Source of the DNA: Felis catus
Taxonomy: Eukaryota
Reading direction: 5' to 3'
Length of the DNA: 64,000 nt
Assembly: GCF_018350175.1 (NCBI RefSeq)
Contig: NC_058376.1
Location: 14,446,001-14,510,000 of the forward strand
The position numbers and the translations under genes are program-made. The notes under the pieces are model-generated. The model had not been told where the DNA came from. It saw only the letters and a list, made by a program, of their open reading frames with translations, and made no database searches. Positions 22,330 to 36,126 of this stretch are shown here, one piece after another (the first letter of the stretch is position 1; the number at the start of each line of letters is the position of its first letter).

Positions 22330-24211
22330 CTCATATGTCTGTAAACTTGTCAATTATTTTTTCTTGAAAAGTGATTTCTAAATCTTGGACATGAATGAGT
22401 TTAAGTGCTGTGTTTAGTTTAAGGTCATGGATATGCCCCAGTTCACAGGTTGATAGCTTCACACTTTGAAATTATTGACCTTGCAAGAAGGAATTAAGAT
22501 AACTGGAAATATCAAACCCCCAAAGAGAGCATATTTTCCCCAAAGTATACCTATGTGAGGACTTGTCTTTCCTATTTTTTCTTGAAGCTTAGAATTTTTG
22601 TTTAGTATTGACTAAAAATTAGCCAATCTATGCTTACACATCAAAAGAAATAGTAGATTTTACAACTGTTTTAACTTGCTTGGTAAGTCAAAACAGTTGG
22701 AGACAAGCAATGCCTTTGATGTAGCTCACGAGTGAAGATTGTTGGTTATGATTTTCCAAGATCTCCGCCCAACATACGTTTTAATGTCACCTAGAATTAA
22801 TTAACATTCTTAGTAGCTCTAACATATTGAATCTGATGTTAAATGTTACCATTATCATCCCCAAAGAAACATCCATTTTTGTGCTCATATTGGTTGGTTT
22901 GTGTCTTCAAAGTCTTCAAATTATGAATATCTCTAATGAAACTGAATTATATAGGCATCTTTTACACATTACCCTATTCCTTATCCGTGTCTCTCTTTTT
23001 CTAGAGTGACAAACCTCCACCCCAACAACGCTGTGTTTACCCTATCCAACGATATACACAAAATATTTCCTAAATTACCACCCTAAAATGTAAAACATAG
23101 GTCTCATGACATTTGAAAAATTATGGAACCCCTTGGAAATTGGTGTTCTTACCTAAATGTGAGGTATAACGGTAGAACCAGTCTTCTCAGATTGTTATGA
23201 AATGTTAGTATCTAGTAAATGTAACTTTTTGCTATCTCATGCATGGTTTATTTTCTGAATTCTTTGCATATAAAAGAACAATTTTCTGTCAAACTTATTC
23301 TGTGCTGCTTCTGTAATTCATATGCCAAAGCTCTGTATATATTTATATTTATAATATATATTTATAATCTAAATAATAATAATAATGTAGCATTTTTTAC
23401 CTGTTTACCATAGGACAATCACTTGCCAAGTCCTTATGCATATCATCCCACAGAAGCGCCAGAGCAACTCTACAATGTGTTAAAATTACCCTGCTTTACA
23501 GCTGAATAAACGAGCAATGAGTTCACTCACTTTCTCACGGGCAGTTTTAATGTGGCAAAGGAATGTTTTATAACTACTTGTTTGTTTTCTCTGTGCGTGT
23601 GAATATAAATTTCTATTGGTTTGTCCTGCTTACATAATTGCCAGGATTTTTTCCCCCCACTAAATGCAAAAGAAAGATAAGTTGAGTTACTTGTAGCATT
23701 TATTATTAACTAATATTAAATTAGTGTATAATGTGATGACCAAGTTTGTTTTCTAACGCTTCTTCCCCATTAAAAAGTCTTCCATTACATTCTTCCTTCC
23801 TCCTTTATTCTCTTCCTGCCACTTTGGTTATGAAATTCCAAGTCTCCTTTGCTAGTCATCTAGAATCATTGACGTATATGTCTTACTCTACTTGGCGCAA
23901 TTGTTGTCTTTTTCTGCTTTTGCTCCAAATTTTAGGAGAGTCTTTCAGTCCTTCCCCCCCCATCTCAGCTTATGTTAAATTTTCTACCTCCAGTAAATTT
24001 AGTACATTTTTCATGACAAATATATGTTTCTTCCCTTTATATTTTGCTGTTTGCTTGTATACTTGTAATAGCATCATCTATGCCATGTATCCTAAACATT
24101 ATGAATTCTAGAATAAAAAAAATATGTTAAAGGGTTCTCCCTTATTTTGCAATAGCACTTTGACAGATGGGCTTATTCCAAGCCCTTAGATAGATTCTTT
24201 GATTTTTGCAA

Positions 24212-24219
24212 CTTTTTTT

Positions 24220-24273
<54 letters not shown>

Positions 24274-24436
24274 GAGCAGGGGAGAGGGGCAGAGGGAGAG
24301 AGGCAAAGAACCTCAAGCAGGTTCCACACCGAGCATGGAGCCTGATGTAGGGCTCACTCTCACCACCCTGATATCACAACTTGAACTGAAATCAAGACTT
24401 GGATATTTAACCGACTAAGCCACCCAAGCATCCCCC
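24212..24436 (-). mobile_element. CanSINE with (GA)n tract
   Basis: SINE consensus. Confidence 0.85.
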
Positions 24437-24475
24437 AACTAATTTCTTTCTCCATGGATATATATCCAATCTCTC

Positions 24476-24692
24476 TTTTTTAAAAATGTTTTTTATTTAT
24501 TTTTGAGAGAGAGAGAGAGAGAGAGAAGGGCAGGGCAGGAGCAAAGAGAGAGGGAGACACAGAATCTGAAGCAGGCTCCAGGCTCTGAACTGTCAACATA
24601 GAGCCCGACATGGGTCTCAAACTCACGAACAGTGAGATCATGACCTGAGCCAAAGTCGGACACTCAACTGACTGAGCCACCCCAGATGCTCC
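24476..24692 (-). mobile_element. CanSINE
   Basis: TSD ATATCCAATCTCTTTTT-like. Confidence 0.88.
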
Positions 24693-24699
24693 GATATCC

Positions 24700-27600
24700 A
24701 ATCTCTTTTTTAGGGAACTTTGGAATTTACCAGGGCAACTGAAGTCTAGGAAAAGAGAATATCTAAATTTTTAGAATGCTATTGTCATAGGGTCTGAGCT
24801 CACGTTTATATAGGGACCCTAAGTACAAGAATTGTCTCTATTAGGCTGGAGGCACACAAAGACCAGATGTCAGTCAGAGTTCTGATCCAAATCTGTCTCA
24901 CCATGGGATTAATGGTTCCATAAACCCATTTCACAGTAATTTCGGCAGTCTTGTGGGCATAAATAGCATGGATATACATAGAAGCTATGTTCCCTCACCA
25001 GTATAGTGAGAATGTTCGAATGGAAGACCCTGAAAAAATATATATAAAGAGAGAAAGGAGGATTTATGATAGGCATTGTCTCACAGAATTATGGAGGCTG
25101 AAAAGTCTCACAATTTGCTATCTACAAGCTGGGGAACTGGGAAAGCCAGTGGAATGTGAGTCCAAAGGCCTTGAGAACCAGAAGCACCAATGTCTGGAGG
25201 CAGACGATGGGCATCCTGGGTCAGGCAGAGAGCAAATTCACCCTTTCTCTCCCTGTTCTATTTATGCCCTCAGCAGATTGGATGATGCCCACTCACCTTG
25301 GTGAGGGTGACTGACCTTCCCTAGTTAGTTTATGAACTCAAATGCTAATCTCATCTAGGAACATCCTCACAGACACATCCAGAAATAATGTTGTATCAAC
25401 TATCTGGGCATCCATTAGCCCAGTCAAGTTAACACATAAAATTGACCATCATAGCATAGAATGACAGGGATTATTGCCACCATTAAAGACTTATAGGATG
25501 TAGGAATAGTGATATCCATCACATACACACTTGATTCATTATTGTTCCTCCTGCAAAATTCAGTTTTTGGCAACCCCCCATGTGCGAGTTGTAGCACAGA
25601 TGGCTAGCTTTCTGGAGCAAGGCCATATTGTGGCAGAATATATTCACAGCGCAAAAAGAAGCTCCTGGCATACTAATGGCCCCAAGCAGAGACTGAACAT
25701 CTGTCACTATGCAACATCAAATGACGATGTGTGCTGACCTTCATGACTGGGTACTCTCAGACCCACCAAGTCATAAATTTTGGCAGACTTAGCAGCAGGA
25801 GTCTGATGTTAAGTGGTAATATAGATTCAGAGTCAGTTAGAGCAGGTGCAAAGGGCATGAATGAGTTGCACGTGTTCCCTGCCTAAAGACTTAGGGGGCC
25901 TAAAGCCTACCTGTAGCACTGAAGTCTTTCTATCAGTTCACTGCTATAGCCCTACGGGGGTGTTCAATTGACTAAATGGCAGAGCAAGAATACATTCACG
26001 CCTGGTTCATGGATGGGTCTTCTCAATATGTTGGAATTAGCCTGAAAATGGACTGCTGTTGCATTCAGAATTGCTCTGAGAAAGAATAGTAAGGGAAAAT
26101 GTTTCCAGGAGACAGAGCTTTCTAGAAGTATACCCAATCATGAAATTTACGTGGAGAGAGATGTGGCCTGAGGTAAGAACATACAAGGACATTTGGACAG
26201 TTATTAATAGTTTGGTTAGTTGTTCAGGGGTCAGAAAGAGTATGATTAAACAGAGATCTGGGGAAGAATTGTACAGATGGACATATTGGAGTGGATACAA
26301 ATTAAGTAGATTTTTGAGCTTGATGTCAGTTTTCACTATAGTGCATCCACAACAGAGAACGTACAAAACAATCAGGTGGACAGTGACTCAGCCAGGAAAT
26401 GTCTAACAGCTTCTGTCATCTGTAATACCAGCATATGTGCAATGGGCCCAAGAATAGAATAGCCAGAGTGGTAGAACTATTTCTTCTTTTACAAAGCTGA
26501 TCTAGCTGATATTGGAATTGAATATCCAATCTGAAAGCATCAAAGGATTTTTCTGAGCCCTTGATGTGGGGATACCATACTTAGAGGATTCCAACCAGCT
26601 CTTTCTGGCAAGTTGATTTTATCAGGCGCCTTCCATATAGATGGAAGTTGCTATTTAATAAGAATGATAGATATTCTGGGTATGGGTTTGTCTCAGCTGC
26701 CCACAGTGACATGATCATCACCAGTATCTGAGACATGTGGTGGCTTATTTATCATCACAGAATTCTGCACAACATTGCTTTGGACTGAGACAGTCTCTGA
26801 GAAGAAAGTGAAATAATGCACCCATTGCTATGAGATCTATTCATCTTAGCACATACCACATCAGCCCGCTGAAATGGCTTCTTAAAATGCTGCGAATGAA
26901 TGTGCTAAGGATTATAGTTTGTGAGATTTGGTATTGTCTTTACAATGGAGAAATATATTTTTAACCAATGCTACCCGGTCCCCAATATCTAGAATATATC
27001 GGTCTGAAAAAAACACCTGTTAGGTAAAATTGCTCTCTTTCACCATGGCTCCCTGGGACCCACTAGTTAATGAATTAATATAGAGTTTTTGCCTACCTGA
27101 TAATCGTGGGCTCCACCTACCAGTAGACAGAGAAATTAATTACAGTGTTGATTATAATGAAGAGATGTAGTTCTGCTCTATAGTGGGAGTTTGAATGTCC
27201 ATGGCAGAAACTCACAGGATCTACTGGGGTTGCTTCTATTCCCAAAGGACTGCTGTATACGGGCACAAGACCTGAGGGGTCAGGCTTCTCAGGATAAAGT
27301 TTTAGCTACCAAGACCAGCAGAGGTGACAGAAAACTCTGAAGGCAATGGAGAATAGGTAATAAAGAACAGAGACCATGAATGTCGATTACTGCTTAGAAA
27401 GCAGTTTGGAGCTGAAAGGAGACTTTGGCTGGTCCGACCAATCTTTTTGCTGTTCTTTAATAGTGTTTTGTTTTTCAGAATTCATGGCCGGCTATTGTCT
27501 TTAAGGAGTGGTGACAGAAAAACTTGAACATGACATGAGATACGCCTGCACCTGAGTGATGTAAAGAATAAACTCTAGATGATGCTTGAGGGTGCTTCAT
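24700..27600 (+). mobile_element. Degraded ERVL/class III internal region (pol relic)
   Basis: Remnants translating to TIKDL..V.IS (RT, ~25480), AWFMDGS (RNase H, ~26000) and WQVDFI (integrase, ~26606). Confidence 0.7.
25000..25452 (-). mobile_element. MLT2-type ERVL LTR
   Basis: Reverse complement begins TGATGGTCAATTTTATGTGTTAACTTGACTGGGCTAATGGATGCCCAGATAG, matching the MLT2B-type start. Confidence 0.8.
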
Positions 27601-27750
27601 CAGTGTCTCATTCATCATTTCACTCATGCTGATGGCTTCCTAGTGCAAGCCATTGCAGTTCTCACAATGAAGTCTTTGTCCTTTCAAGTGCCAATGAAGT
27701 CACGTCTTTGGAGCAGACTTTAGCTGGTAGAAAAGTAGCAGTTATACAGC

Positions 27751-27781
<31 letters not shown>

Positions 27782-27793
27782 GCGCGCGCGCAC
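27751..27793. repeat. (CA)n(CG)n alternating purine-pyrimidine tract (Z-DNA prone)
   Basis: Direct reading. Confidence 0.9.
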
Positions 27794-27866
27794 ATTCTTA
27801 CGTTCAGAAATGATGAAGATAAATAAATGTATGTAAACAAATATATGGCATACTTGCAAATGAGCT

Positions 27867-27872
27867 TTTATT
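27867..27872 (-). terminator. Poly(A) signal of K22-B
   Basis: AATAAA on the minus strand. Confidence 0.7.
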
Positions 27873-28123
27873 TAATGAAAAATAAAACCGGAATTTTCCC
27901 AAATAAATATTAAGATTAGATTTGTGCACACGTATAGAAACGAACGGATATTTTTTCCGACAAAATCATTGGATAGTCTAGATAATGAATTGATTGGTGA
28001 CTCTTTTATCACAGGTGGCCTAGGATTTAGATATTAGTGTTAGAAGAGAAAATAATACTAATATAATAAACAATCCTTATATAATAACAAGAACTATCCA
28101 AGGTATCAGAAGTCTAGAATACT

Positions 28124-28270
28124 TCAATAGAAGCCGGAACACCAGTATCTTCCAAAGCAGCATGGACGGTGGCAGGCATAACCATAGCCACCATAGCCAC
28201 AGCCGTAGCCACAACCCAGGCCACCATAGCCATAGCCCAGGCCACCATAATAGTTGCCGTAATAGCACAT
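28124..28270 (-). CDS. KRTAP20/KRTAP22-2-like HGT-KAP, 48 aa (K22-B)
   Basis: Manual translation [48 protein letters not shown]; Kozak ACACCATG; TATAAAA 28347-28353; AP-1 site TGACTCA 28391-28397. Confidence 0.9.
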   Translation of the reverse strand: MCYYGNYYGGLGYGYGGLGCGYGCGYGGYGYACHRPCCFGRYWCSGFY

Positions 28271-28346
28271 GGTGTCAGGAGCAGAGGGTTCAGTTGAGGA
28301 GCAGAATCAGTTCCTGGAGTTTGAATTTCATAATCTGCACAAGGCC

Positions 28347-28397
28347 TTTTATACAACCTGAGTGGTATGCAGGTAAACCACAGGCAGAATTGACTCA
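28347..28397 (-). promoter_or_regulatory. TATA box and AP-1 site of K22-B
   Basis: TATAAAAGG and TGACTCA. Confidence 0.75.
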
Positions 28398-28603
28398 TTT
28401 CCAAACAAATGACATTAAAAAAAATCTGAAGAATTCCTTATAACCAATATATTGGGGACTCTATTGCTGTAGTGTCATGTGCCTTTAAAACAAAACTTGT
28501 TTCCTAATTACACAGTGTTTGCTTACTTGAGAACCCAGCTTCTAAGAGATATTATGAGCAAGGCTATAATGTTGTTATTTGATTTGAAAAAATATTTGAA
28601 GGT

Positions 28604-28810
28604 TTTTTTTCTTTTTCAATGTTTATTTTTGAGAGAGAGAGAGAGCACAAGCAGGGGAGGGGCAGAGAGAGAGGGAGACACAGAATCTGAAGCAGGCTCC
28701 AGGCTCTGAGCTGTCCAGACAGAGCCCGATGTGGGGCTCAGACTCACAACCCTTGAGATCGTGACCTGAGCCCAAGTTGGATGCTTAACCGACTGAGCCA
28801 CCCAGGCACT
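28604..28810 (-). mobile_element. CanSINE, followed by an L1_Carn 3' fragment (~28830-28990)
   Basis: SINE consensus. Confidence 0.88.
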
Positions 28811-29178
28811 TTTGATTTGAATTTTTTAAAGTTTTTATTTAAATTCCAGTTAGTTAACAGACAGTGTAATATTAGTTCCAGGTGTACAAGATAGTAATTC
28901 AACACTTCTATACAGCATCCGGTGCTCATCACAATTGTGCTCCTTAATCCCAATCACCTATTGCATCCACCTCCCCTCTGGTAACCATAGATTTGATTTT
29001 TAAAAGGTAAGATAGGTAGCTCCTTTTTTTAAACTTATTTAGGGAAAATTGACAAATATAATGGTATACATTTAAAGTGTACAACGTGATGCTTCGATAC
29101 ACATATTCATTGTGGAATAATTACCACGATCAGGATAACTAGCATGTTTACATGTCTATCATCTTACATCGTTAACTC

Positions 29179-29213
<35 letters not shown>

Positions 29214-29216
29214 TAA

Positions 29217-29710
29217 TGAAACTGCTGTAGAAATGTAAAGATAGATGGAAATTAAGATGGACACCCTACTGTTTCAGCAAGACTTGACTTTAAAGTAAAC
29301 AAATTTTTCTCTTCTTTTCTTGAAACCTCCCCTTCTCTCTCACTTGTTTTTCTGTAGAATCCTCTCTTCCAGGACCTCAGTATCCATATTGGCAACCAGC
29401 TGACCTCAGTGAACACTTAGGAACAACACTCAGATAGCCCGTACCAGCGCTGGTCATGAGACCACCTTGAAAGGATAAGGAAAGTGACTGGTAGGACTAC
29501 CAGATTCCTATCAAAACCACTCAGGTCCTGTATTTTCCTATAAAACCCCTCAGCCTTTTACCCCTGGTGGATCTGCGATTTTGAAGGCATTAGCCTGCTG
29601 CAACATCATTTGGCTGGTAAGGTAATACAACTATCATTCCTCTTAATCCCCAAACCCTGTCTTCATGTTATATGTTGGCTCTGGAACACATAGGTCGGTT
29701 TTCATAAACA
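29217..29710 (+). mobile_element. Solo ERV1-type LTR (494 bp) in an old L1M 3' end
   Basis: TG...CA ends; 4-bp TSD GTAA at 29213-29216 and 29711-29714; internal CCTATAAAA. Confidence 0.78.
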
Positions 29711-30169
29711 GTAAGAGTGCATGAAATCTCTCAACAACGTTCAAGCATGCAACTGTTGTGAACGACAGTCACCATGCTGTACGTCAGCTCCTCAGAACTT
29801 ACTCTTATAACTGAGAATTTATACTCTTTGACCTACATCACCCCATTTTCTCCTTTGCCTCAGCCCCTAGCAAACAATGTTCTATTGTCTGTTTCTATGA
29901 AATTGCCCTTTTTTTTGTTTGTTTGTTTTAGCTTCCACACACGAGTGATACCATACAGTATTTATTTTTCTCTGTCTGGCTTATCTCCCTTAGTATAATG
30001 CCCTCCCAGTTGATCAATGTTCTCCCGAATGGCAGAAGTGCCTTCTTTTTTTATGGCTGGGTTTGTGCCATTTATCTTTATGGGACTTAGACAGGGAGAG
30101 GAAATATTTATTCTACTAGAAATCTCAGTTTAGAAAGCTATTCTACTTTGTTGCTTTTTTTTTTTTTTC

Positions 30170-31250
30170 AGTTGTTTTTTTATTATGAACTTACTCCATG
30201 CCAGGGGTTCATTTCAAGCATATGGGATGAGGAAATGAAAATGATAGATATGGTCCATATTCTCAAGGAACTTAAATTTCTCATTGTAAAGAAGACAGTC
30301 AGTGACAGACACACAATAGGCAATTAAACTCTGAAAGAAATATATTAAATTCTGATAAGAATGACTACTTGAAAAACACAAAAACCCCAATGAGTTGAAT
30401 AAGCTTATTTGTTACTTGGGGGAGTTAATTTCAAACTGAGTGGTCAGAGAAGACATATCTGAAGAGATAGCACTTTAATTGATACCTGCTCAAGGTAGGA
30501 TTCAAGCATTCCTGCTGTAATTTCCAGACAGGGAGGCCAACAGTACAATGACAAGGAGGGAGAAAACTTGGTCTGAGATACTGAAGAGCCACTGTGTTTG
30601 GCATATGGAAGATGAGAAAGAAAATGGTAGAGGACAGTGTTGGAAAGAGATCGTTTATTGTAGGAGATTCTAAATGCAATGGAAAGTCTATGTAGGTATG
30701 CCCCAGGGGGAGGATATGATTTAATTTTTTCTTGAGCCATGAGATTGAGATATTGGAAGAGAATACACTCGGTGTCATAATGGGCTCTTTGTGGGGAATG
30801 TTAAATTTCTGATGGCTATTTAAGATAAAAATTGAATAATCAAGTGGACAGTTGAGTGGACATCTATAAAAGGGTGAAGATAAAGGACATAGAAAGGCCA
30901 AAAACAATGGTCTGAGATTTGGGTCAAAGTAGGGATCATATAATACAAAAATTTCTGAGAAAGTGAAGTTGGAGGCAAAATAAGTGAGTAGAGTGTATCA
31001 GAATCCAAGAGAGAGAATATGTCAAGAACAAAGAGTTCAATTGACCTGAATTTTCAGAGCTTTGGTAAGATTAATACAGAGAAACAAACCATATTTAGAT
31101 TTGGTAAGACATGACAGGCACGCGTTCAGTGGAGTGGTGGGTCAACAGTCTAAATGTTTGAGAGAAAAGGATACAAGACAGTAGATGCAGTATCTTAGAA
31201 ATACATTCCTGAAATTTCTATGAAGAAGAATAGTGAATTAAGAAATTACC
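30170..31250 (-). mobile_element. Degraded LINE-2
   Basis: L2-like, same relative position as 17780-19030. Confidence 0.55.
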
Positions 31251-33440
31251 TTGGAAAACTCAAGGAGTTTTGTTGGGGAAAGATTTGTCTGTTGTTTGCT
31301 TTGTTTTTCATGAGAGACAATTAGCAGTAATTATATTTCAAAGCATTGGCCAGCAACACTTAATAAAAACCTGGAATGTCATGGTGAATACATAGGCAGA
31401 GCACAAAGGATTTTTAGGGCAGCGAGACTATTCTATGTGACACTACAATGGTGGCTATCTGTCATTATACATTTGTCAAAACCCATAGAATGTATAAAAT
31501 CAAGAGTGAATCCCAATTTAAACTATAGACTTTGACTGTTAATAATATGTCAGTGTAGGTCCATTGGTTGTAAAACATATTCCATTCTGCTTCCAGATGT
31601 TGATAGTTATGGGACAGATGGAAACTTCCACAATCATTTTAACCAGTTACAAAACTACCCGCTATGTAATTATTTTGTTAACTAATATAATTTAGTCATA
31701 CACCCTTCTGGCAATGAATTTATTCAATATATAGGATTTAAGTCTAAAAAAATGACAATCACATTATTCCAACCAGCGTTCATTAAAAAATAAATTTCCA
31801 TGGAAAGATAACTGATTGATGGAATCTAAAGTATGATAATTTGAAACAAGTATCTGATGTAGTGAGATTTTCTAACAGTTATTACCATGGTGAAGGAGGG
31901 ACTGAAATGATACACGACTGTAATGATGTGTCTAGTTTGTGGAAATACACTTATCAATAAAATAAATAGAAAATACATGAAAAATGCATGGCAAATGGAT
32001 AAGTGATTGTGTTTAACCTGATTATTAGTAGAAAAACATTGCTGTGTTCTATTTAGAGGCTATTTACCCTTGGATAATTTGAATTACTTATCAAAGCAGA
32101 TGAACTGAATGAATTACAAAGATCTTGGGCACTGAATTCCACAGGAGGGTTAACTGTGGTTTTCAGTCTGGAACCCTCTTCGCTACTGCATAACCCAATC
32201 TTATACTCCTTGGTTATGTTTAAAGGTTATATGAAGAAATAAATATGTAATAACAATCTTTAGACACAGAAAATCATTGTATTGTGACCACCCTGGTCAC
32301 TGACTATGGATTTGTGTGTGTAATTGTACCTCCTTCCTGAATCATCCTGACGACATAAAATCTAATTGTTTTCACATGATGACAAGATTCTCCTGGGTTT
32401 TCTGTACCTCCTAATAGCCTGGATTATCATAGTGAAAACAATGAAATAAAAAAAAAATTCAATGATTATTTAAGAGAGTTCCATGTGCCTGATTAAAAAT
32501 AGGTTGCCTTTTTAACATTGTATATCTTTACAAATGAACTTTCCTTTGTGTAATGGGCAAAATCAAGTATCTGAAGATAAAAAGAAATATCAGTTAGTCA
32601 GAATATTAGCTGATTATTATATATTCCCAAATGTGAACAGATCTCCCTATTGACTGGTAAGGAATTACCAAAAAAAAAAAAAAAGTTTTGGGAAGCACTG
32701 ACATTTCAGATAAACTTCTCAAAGTTAAAAAAATGGCCAATTGAAAATGGCAATTGATAGAAGTCTTAATAAAACAGGATTAATTATTATCACTCTTTCT
32801 GGTGGTAAGCTCTGAACAGAAATAGCAGTTCATAGGATAAACTATTTTTAGTGTCCTGAAGAAGAATTAGGCATAAAAAATAAAAGACTAATTTGTATAA
32901 GTGAAAACCCGGAAATGCAGTTGGCTTAGGCTGGCTCTCAAGACATGGGAATAAGCTGGCTGTTTGTTAAGTGTATTACAGAGATGGACGGGCATTGCGA
33001 TTTTCTGTGCTGCGTCATTTCAGAGGAGGACAGACAGCTGAAACACTGAAGAGGAAGAATGTTTTGAAACAAGGTAGAGGCAAAACTCATTGGTTAAAAA
33101 TGAGTGCTATTGGTTTTTGGAACGATAGGGAGAAGAATAGAGATTTTATTTTGTGCCAAGAGCAAGTCAAAATTGGCCTGCTGCAAATGCTACTTCTTGA
33201 AATGATGCCTGCTTCTTGAGGTTTAATTGAGTATTTGGTGTCATGCAGAGATTTGTATGTCTATCTGCTCTCATAGCTGACATTGAATTATTTCGAGGGA
33301 GTCCTGAGTCTTTAGATAAAAAAACAAGCTTCTTTAATGCCTCTGTGGTTTTATCTCATGGTTGAGAAACAAACCAATTATAGTCACAAGATTAGCCAGT
33401 GGCCTGACTTGTGTGGTGGGTCCCACTCACACTGAGGGCA

Positions 33441-33447
33441 TATAAAA
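33441..33447 (+). promoter_or_regulatory. TATA box of K6-C
   Basis: GCATATAAAAGG. Confidence 0.85.
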
Positions 33448-33528
33448 GGCCCTCTGCAGGGGAATTGTCCACAGTGAAGTGACACTTCTTGCCTTCTCTA
33501 CCCAAGCACAACCTCAACAGCCAACACC

Positions 33529-33777
33529 ATGTGTGGCAGCTGCTATGGAAACTACTACGGAGGCTGTGGCTATGGAGGCTGTGGCTACAGAGGCTGTGGC
33601 TATGGAGGCTGTGGCTACGGAGGCCTGGGCTGTGGCTATGGCTCCTGCTATGGCTGTGGCTTCCGCAGACTAGGCTGTGGCTATGGCTGTGGCTACGGGT
33701 ATGGCTCCCGCTCTCTCTGTGGCTGCGGCTATGGATGCGGCTCTGGCTATGGCTGTGGCTTTGGCTACTACTATTGA
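33529..33777 (+). CDS. KRTAP6: Keratin-associated protein 6 (canonical KAP6-1-type tail), 82 aa, 4 units (K6-C)
   Basis: GCGFRRLGCGYG..GSRSLCG..GYYY tail typical of KAP6; AATAAA 34065-34070. Confidence 0.94.
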   Translation: MCGSCYGNYYGGCGYGGCGYRGCGYGGCGYGGLGCGYGSCYGCGFRRLGCGYGCGYGYGSRSLCGCGYGCGSGYGCGFGYYY

Positions 33778-34064
33778 GGGCACCATGGGAGACTTTTATC
33801 ACCTGCACATGTAACTTCATGCTTCACCAGCCTTGATTCCCATGCCCTTGTGTTCCCACACTAGATTGGGATAATTCTGATGTGATTTGCAGATTACCTA
33901 CAGTCTGGCGGCTCCTGTCTGGATCTGAAACCCTTAGTTATTTATTCCCAACCTTTGCTTCCCAAAAAGGGAGAATGTGATTTTCATCCTGTGAACCCAC
34001 TTTATCTTCTTACTGGTCACTGATCCTACCTTGATAATTCTCATGCATGTTTCCCAGTGATCTT

Positions 34065-34070
34065 AATAAA
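34065..34070 (+). terminator. Poly(A) signal of K6-C
   Basis: AATAAA. Confidence 0.8.
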
Positions 34071-34539
34071 TTTGGCTAATCTGAAATAGAAACCTTGGTT
34101 TTCTTTCTATTTATTATAAGGAATAGAACTTATGGTATTTAACAATTTTTTTTTTGTATTTGCTTGATTCCAAGAAAGGTTGAAATTGCTTGTTTTTGCC
34201 GTATATATCTTTTGCTCTCTACGAGTTGCTCTACCAGTTCTATTGTGTCTCTGTTGCTGGGAGGTTTTAGACTAAATGACATAACATTTTTCAATTAGTT
34301 CATTTTGCTTAGCTCATGGTAAATATTCTGTGTATCTTTTTCCTGCATAAACCATCATCTGCAAAGCCTCCCTAAATCATTTTTTTATGTTTTATTTTTA
34401 AATTATAGACAGAAAAGTTCACTCCCTTGGTGTAGAGTTCTGTGATTTTGAAAAAATGCATGATGTTGTGGTACAACCATCACAATCAAGATGTAAAATA
34501 GTGCCATCACACTCCCCCCCAAAATTTCTCATGCTTTGT

Positions 34540-35110
34540 TTTCTTTGTGGTTTCAAGTTTTTATTTAAATTCCGGTTAGTTAACATACAGTGTAATATTG
34601 GTTTCAGGAGTGGAACTTAGCAATTCATCACTTACATATAAAACCCAGTGCTCATCGCAAGTGTCGTGCTTAATGCTCAACACCCATTTAGCTCATGCCC
34701 CTGCCCACCTCCCCTCCAGCAACCCTCAATGTATTCTCTGAAGTTAAGAGTCTGTTTTACAGTTCGCCTCTCTCTCTTCGTCCCCCACCTCTGGCCATGT
34801 TCATCTGTTTCGTTTCTTAAATTCCACATATGAGTGAAATCGTATGGTATTTGTCTTTCTCTGACTGACATTCCCCTTGGCATAATACACTCTAGCTCCA
34901 CCTACAGCGTTGCAAATGGCAAGAAAAGATGCTCAATTCATCATCAGGGAAATACAAATCAAAACTACAATGAGATATCACCTCACACCTAGAATTAACA
35001 GAACAGGAAACAACAGATGTTGGTGAGGAAGTGGAGAAAGGGGAACCCTCTCATACTCTTGGTGGGAATGCAAACTGGTGCAGCCACTCTGGAAAATAGT
35101 AGGGAGGTCC
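34540..35110 (-). mobile_element. 5'-inverted (twin-primed) short L1
   Basis: Antisense L1 3' end to ~34924, then a sense L1 piece; TSD CTC(A/G)TGCTTT. Confidence 0.75.
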
Positions 35111-35217
35111 CTCGTGCTTTTTCAAAACCTCTTTGCAATCAAGCCCTCCTCACACTCCTAAACCCTATAAATAACGGATTGTTCAATCTATCTACACCTT
35201 TGCCTTTTCCAGGTCAT

Positions 35218-35660
35218 ATTGTGTTGGGGGGTCCTCAAGATCATGCCCAGTCTTGGAGATTTGCTAGAAAGACTCATGGGCTTAGCATAGAATTGTGCTC
35301 TTGGTGAAGATTTATTATAGCAAAGTATGTCATGATACATAGCTAGATAATAAGGGGAAGGGACCCAAGCAGATTCTGGAGGTATCCTTGTGAAGACCTT
35401 CTTATTCCTTCTCGCTCTAGGAGGGGCCACACAGAACTTACTCTTCCCCTAGCAACAGAAATGAAGCAATCCATGGGTGTTATTTCTTCTCAAGGAAGCC
35501 CAAAATTTTAACTGAGAACAGATCAAAAAGGCTCCAGACTCCCACAAGGAAAACACTAGTTCAGCAAAAACCACATTGTTTATACAAAAAATCTAGGCAC
35601 AGCGAGTCTTGCTTATCAGTTAGGGAATGGTGGGAACACTTCTGACATCCAATTTCCTGG
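35218..35660. mobile_element. Old LTR (MER21/MER77-like)
   Basis: TGTGTTGGGGGGTCCTCAAGA... motif recognised by eye. Confidence 0.55.
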
Positions 35661-36126
35661 ATTTGGTATCAGGGTAATGCTGATTTCATAAAATAACTGA
35701 GAAATATTCCCTCCCCTCCTACTTTTTAAATTTTTTCTTCTCTCTTTCTTTTCTGGAGAGATTCCATATGGCTTGCATTGTTTCTTCCTTTCATGTTTGG
35801 CGGAATTTACCAGGGAAATTATATGAACTGTGAGTTTTCTTTTTTGGAAAGATTTTAATCACAAAATGTAGTTTCCCAAGAGTTATTTGACCCTTCAAAT
35901 ATATATTTCCCTTTGAGCAAGTTTTTGGCAATGTCCTGCCTTTTAAGGAACAGATCCATTTCACCTAAGTTGTTGAATTTATGAACATGATATTGTTCCC
36001 TGTGTCCTCTTATTGTTTTTGATATGATTATAGGGTCTGTAGTGATGTCCCTATTTTATTGCTACTCCTGGTATATGTATCTTCTTTTTTTCTTTTTTTC
36101 TTTGTGAGTCTTGCTACAGGTTTATC

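Noticed and set aside
30431-30907. 158-aa ORF
   Set aside because: Lies in a degraded L2; no recognisable domain, non-ATG start
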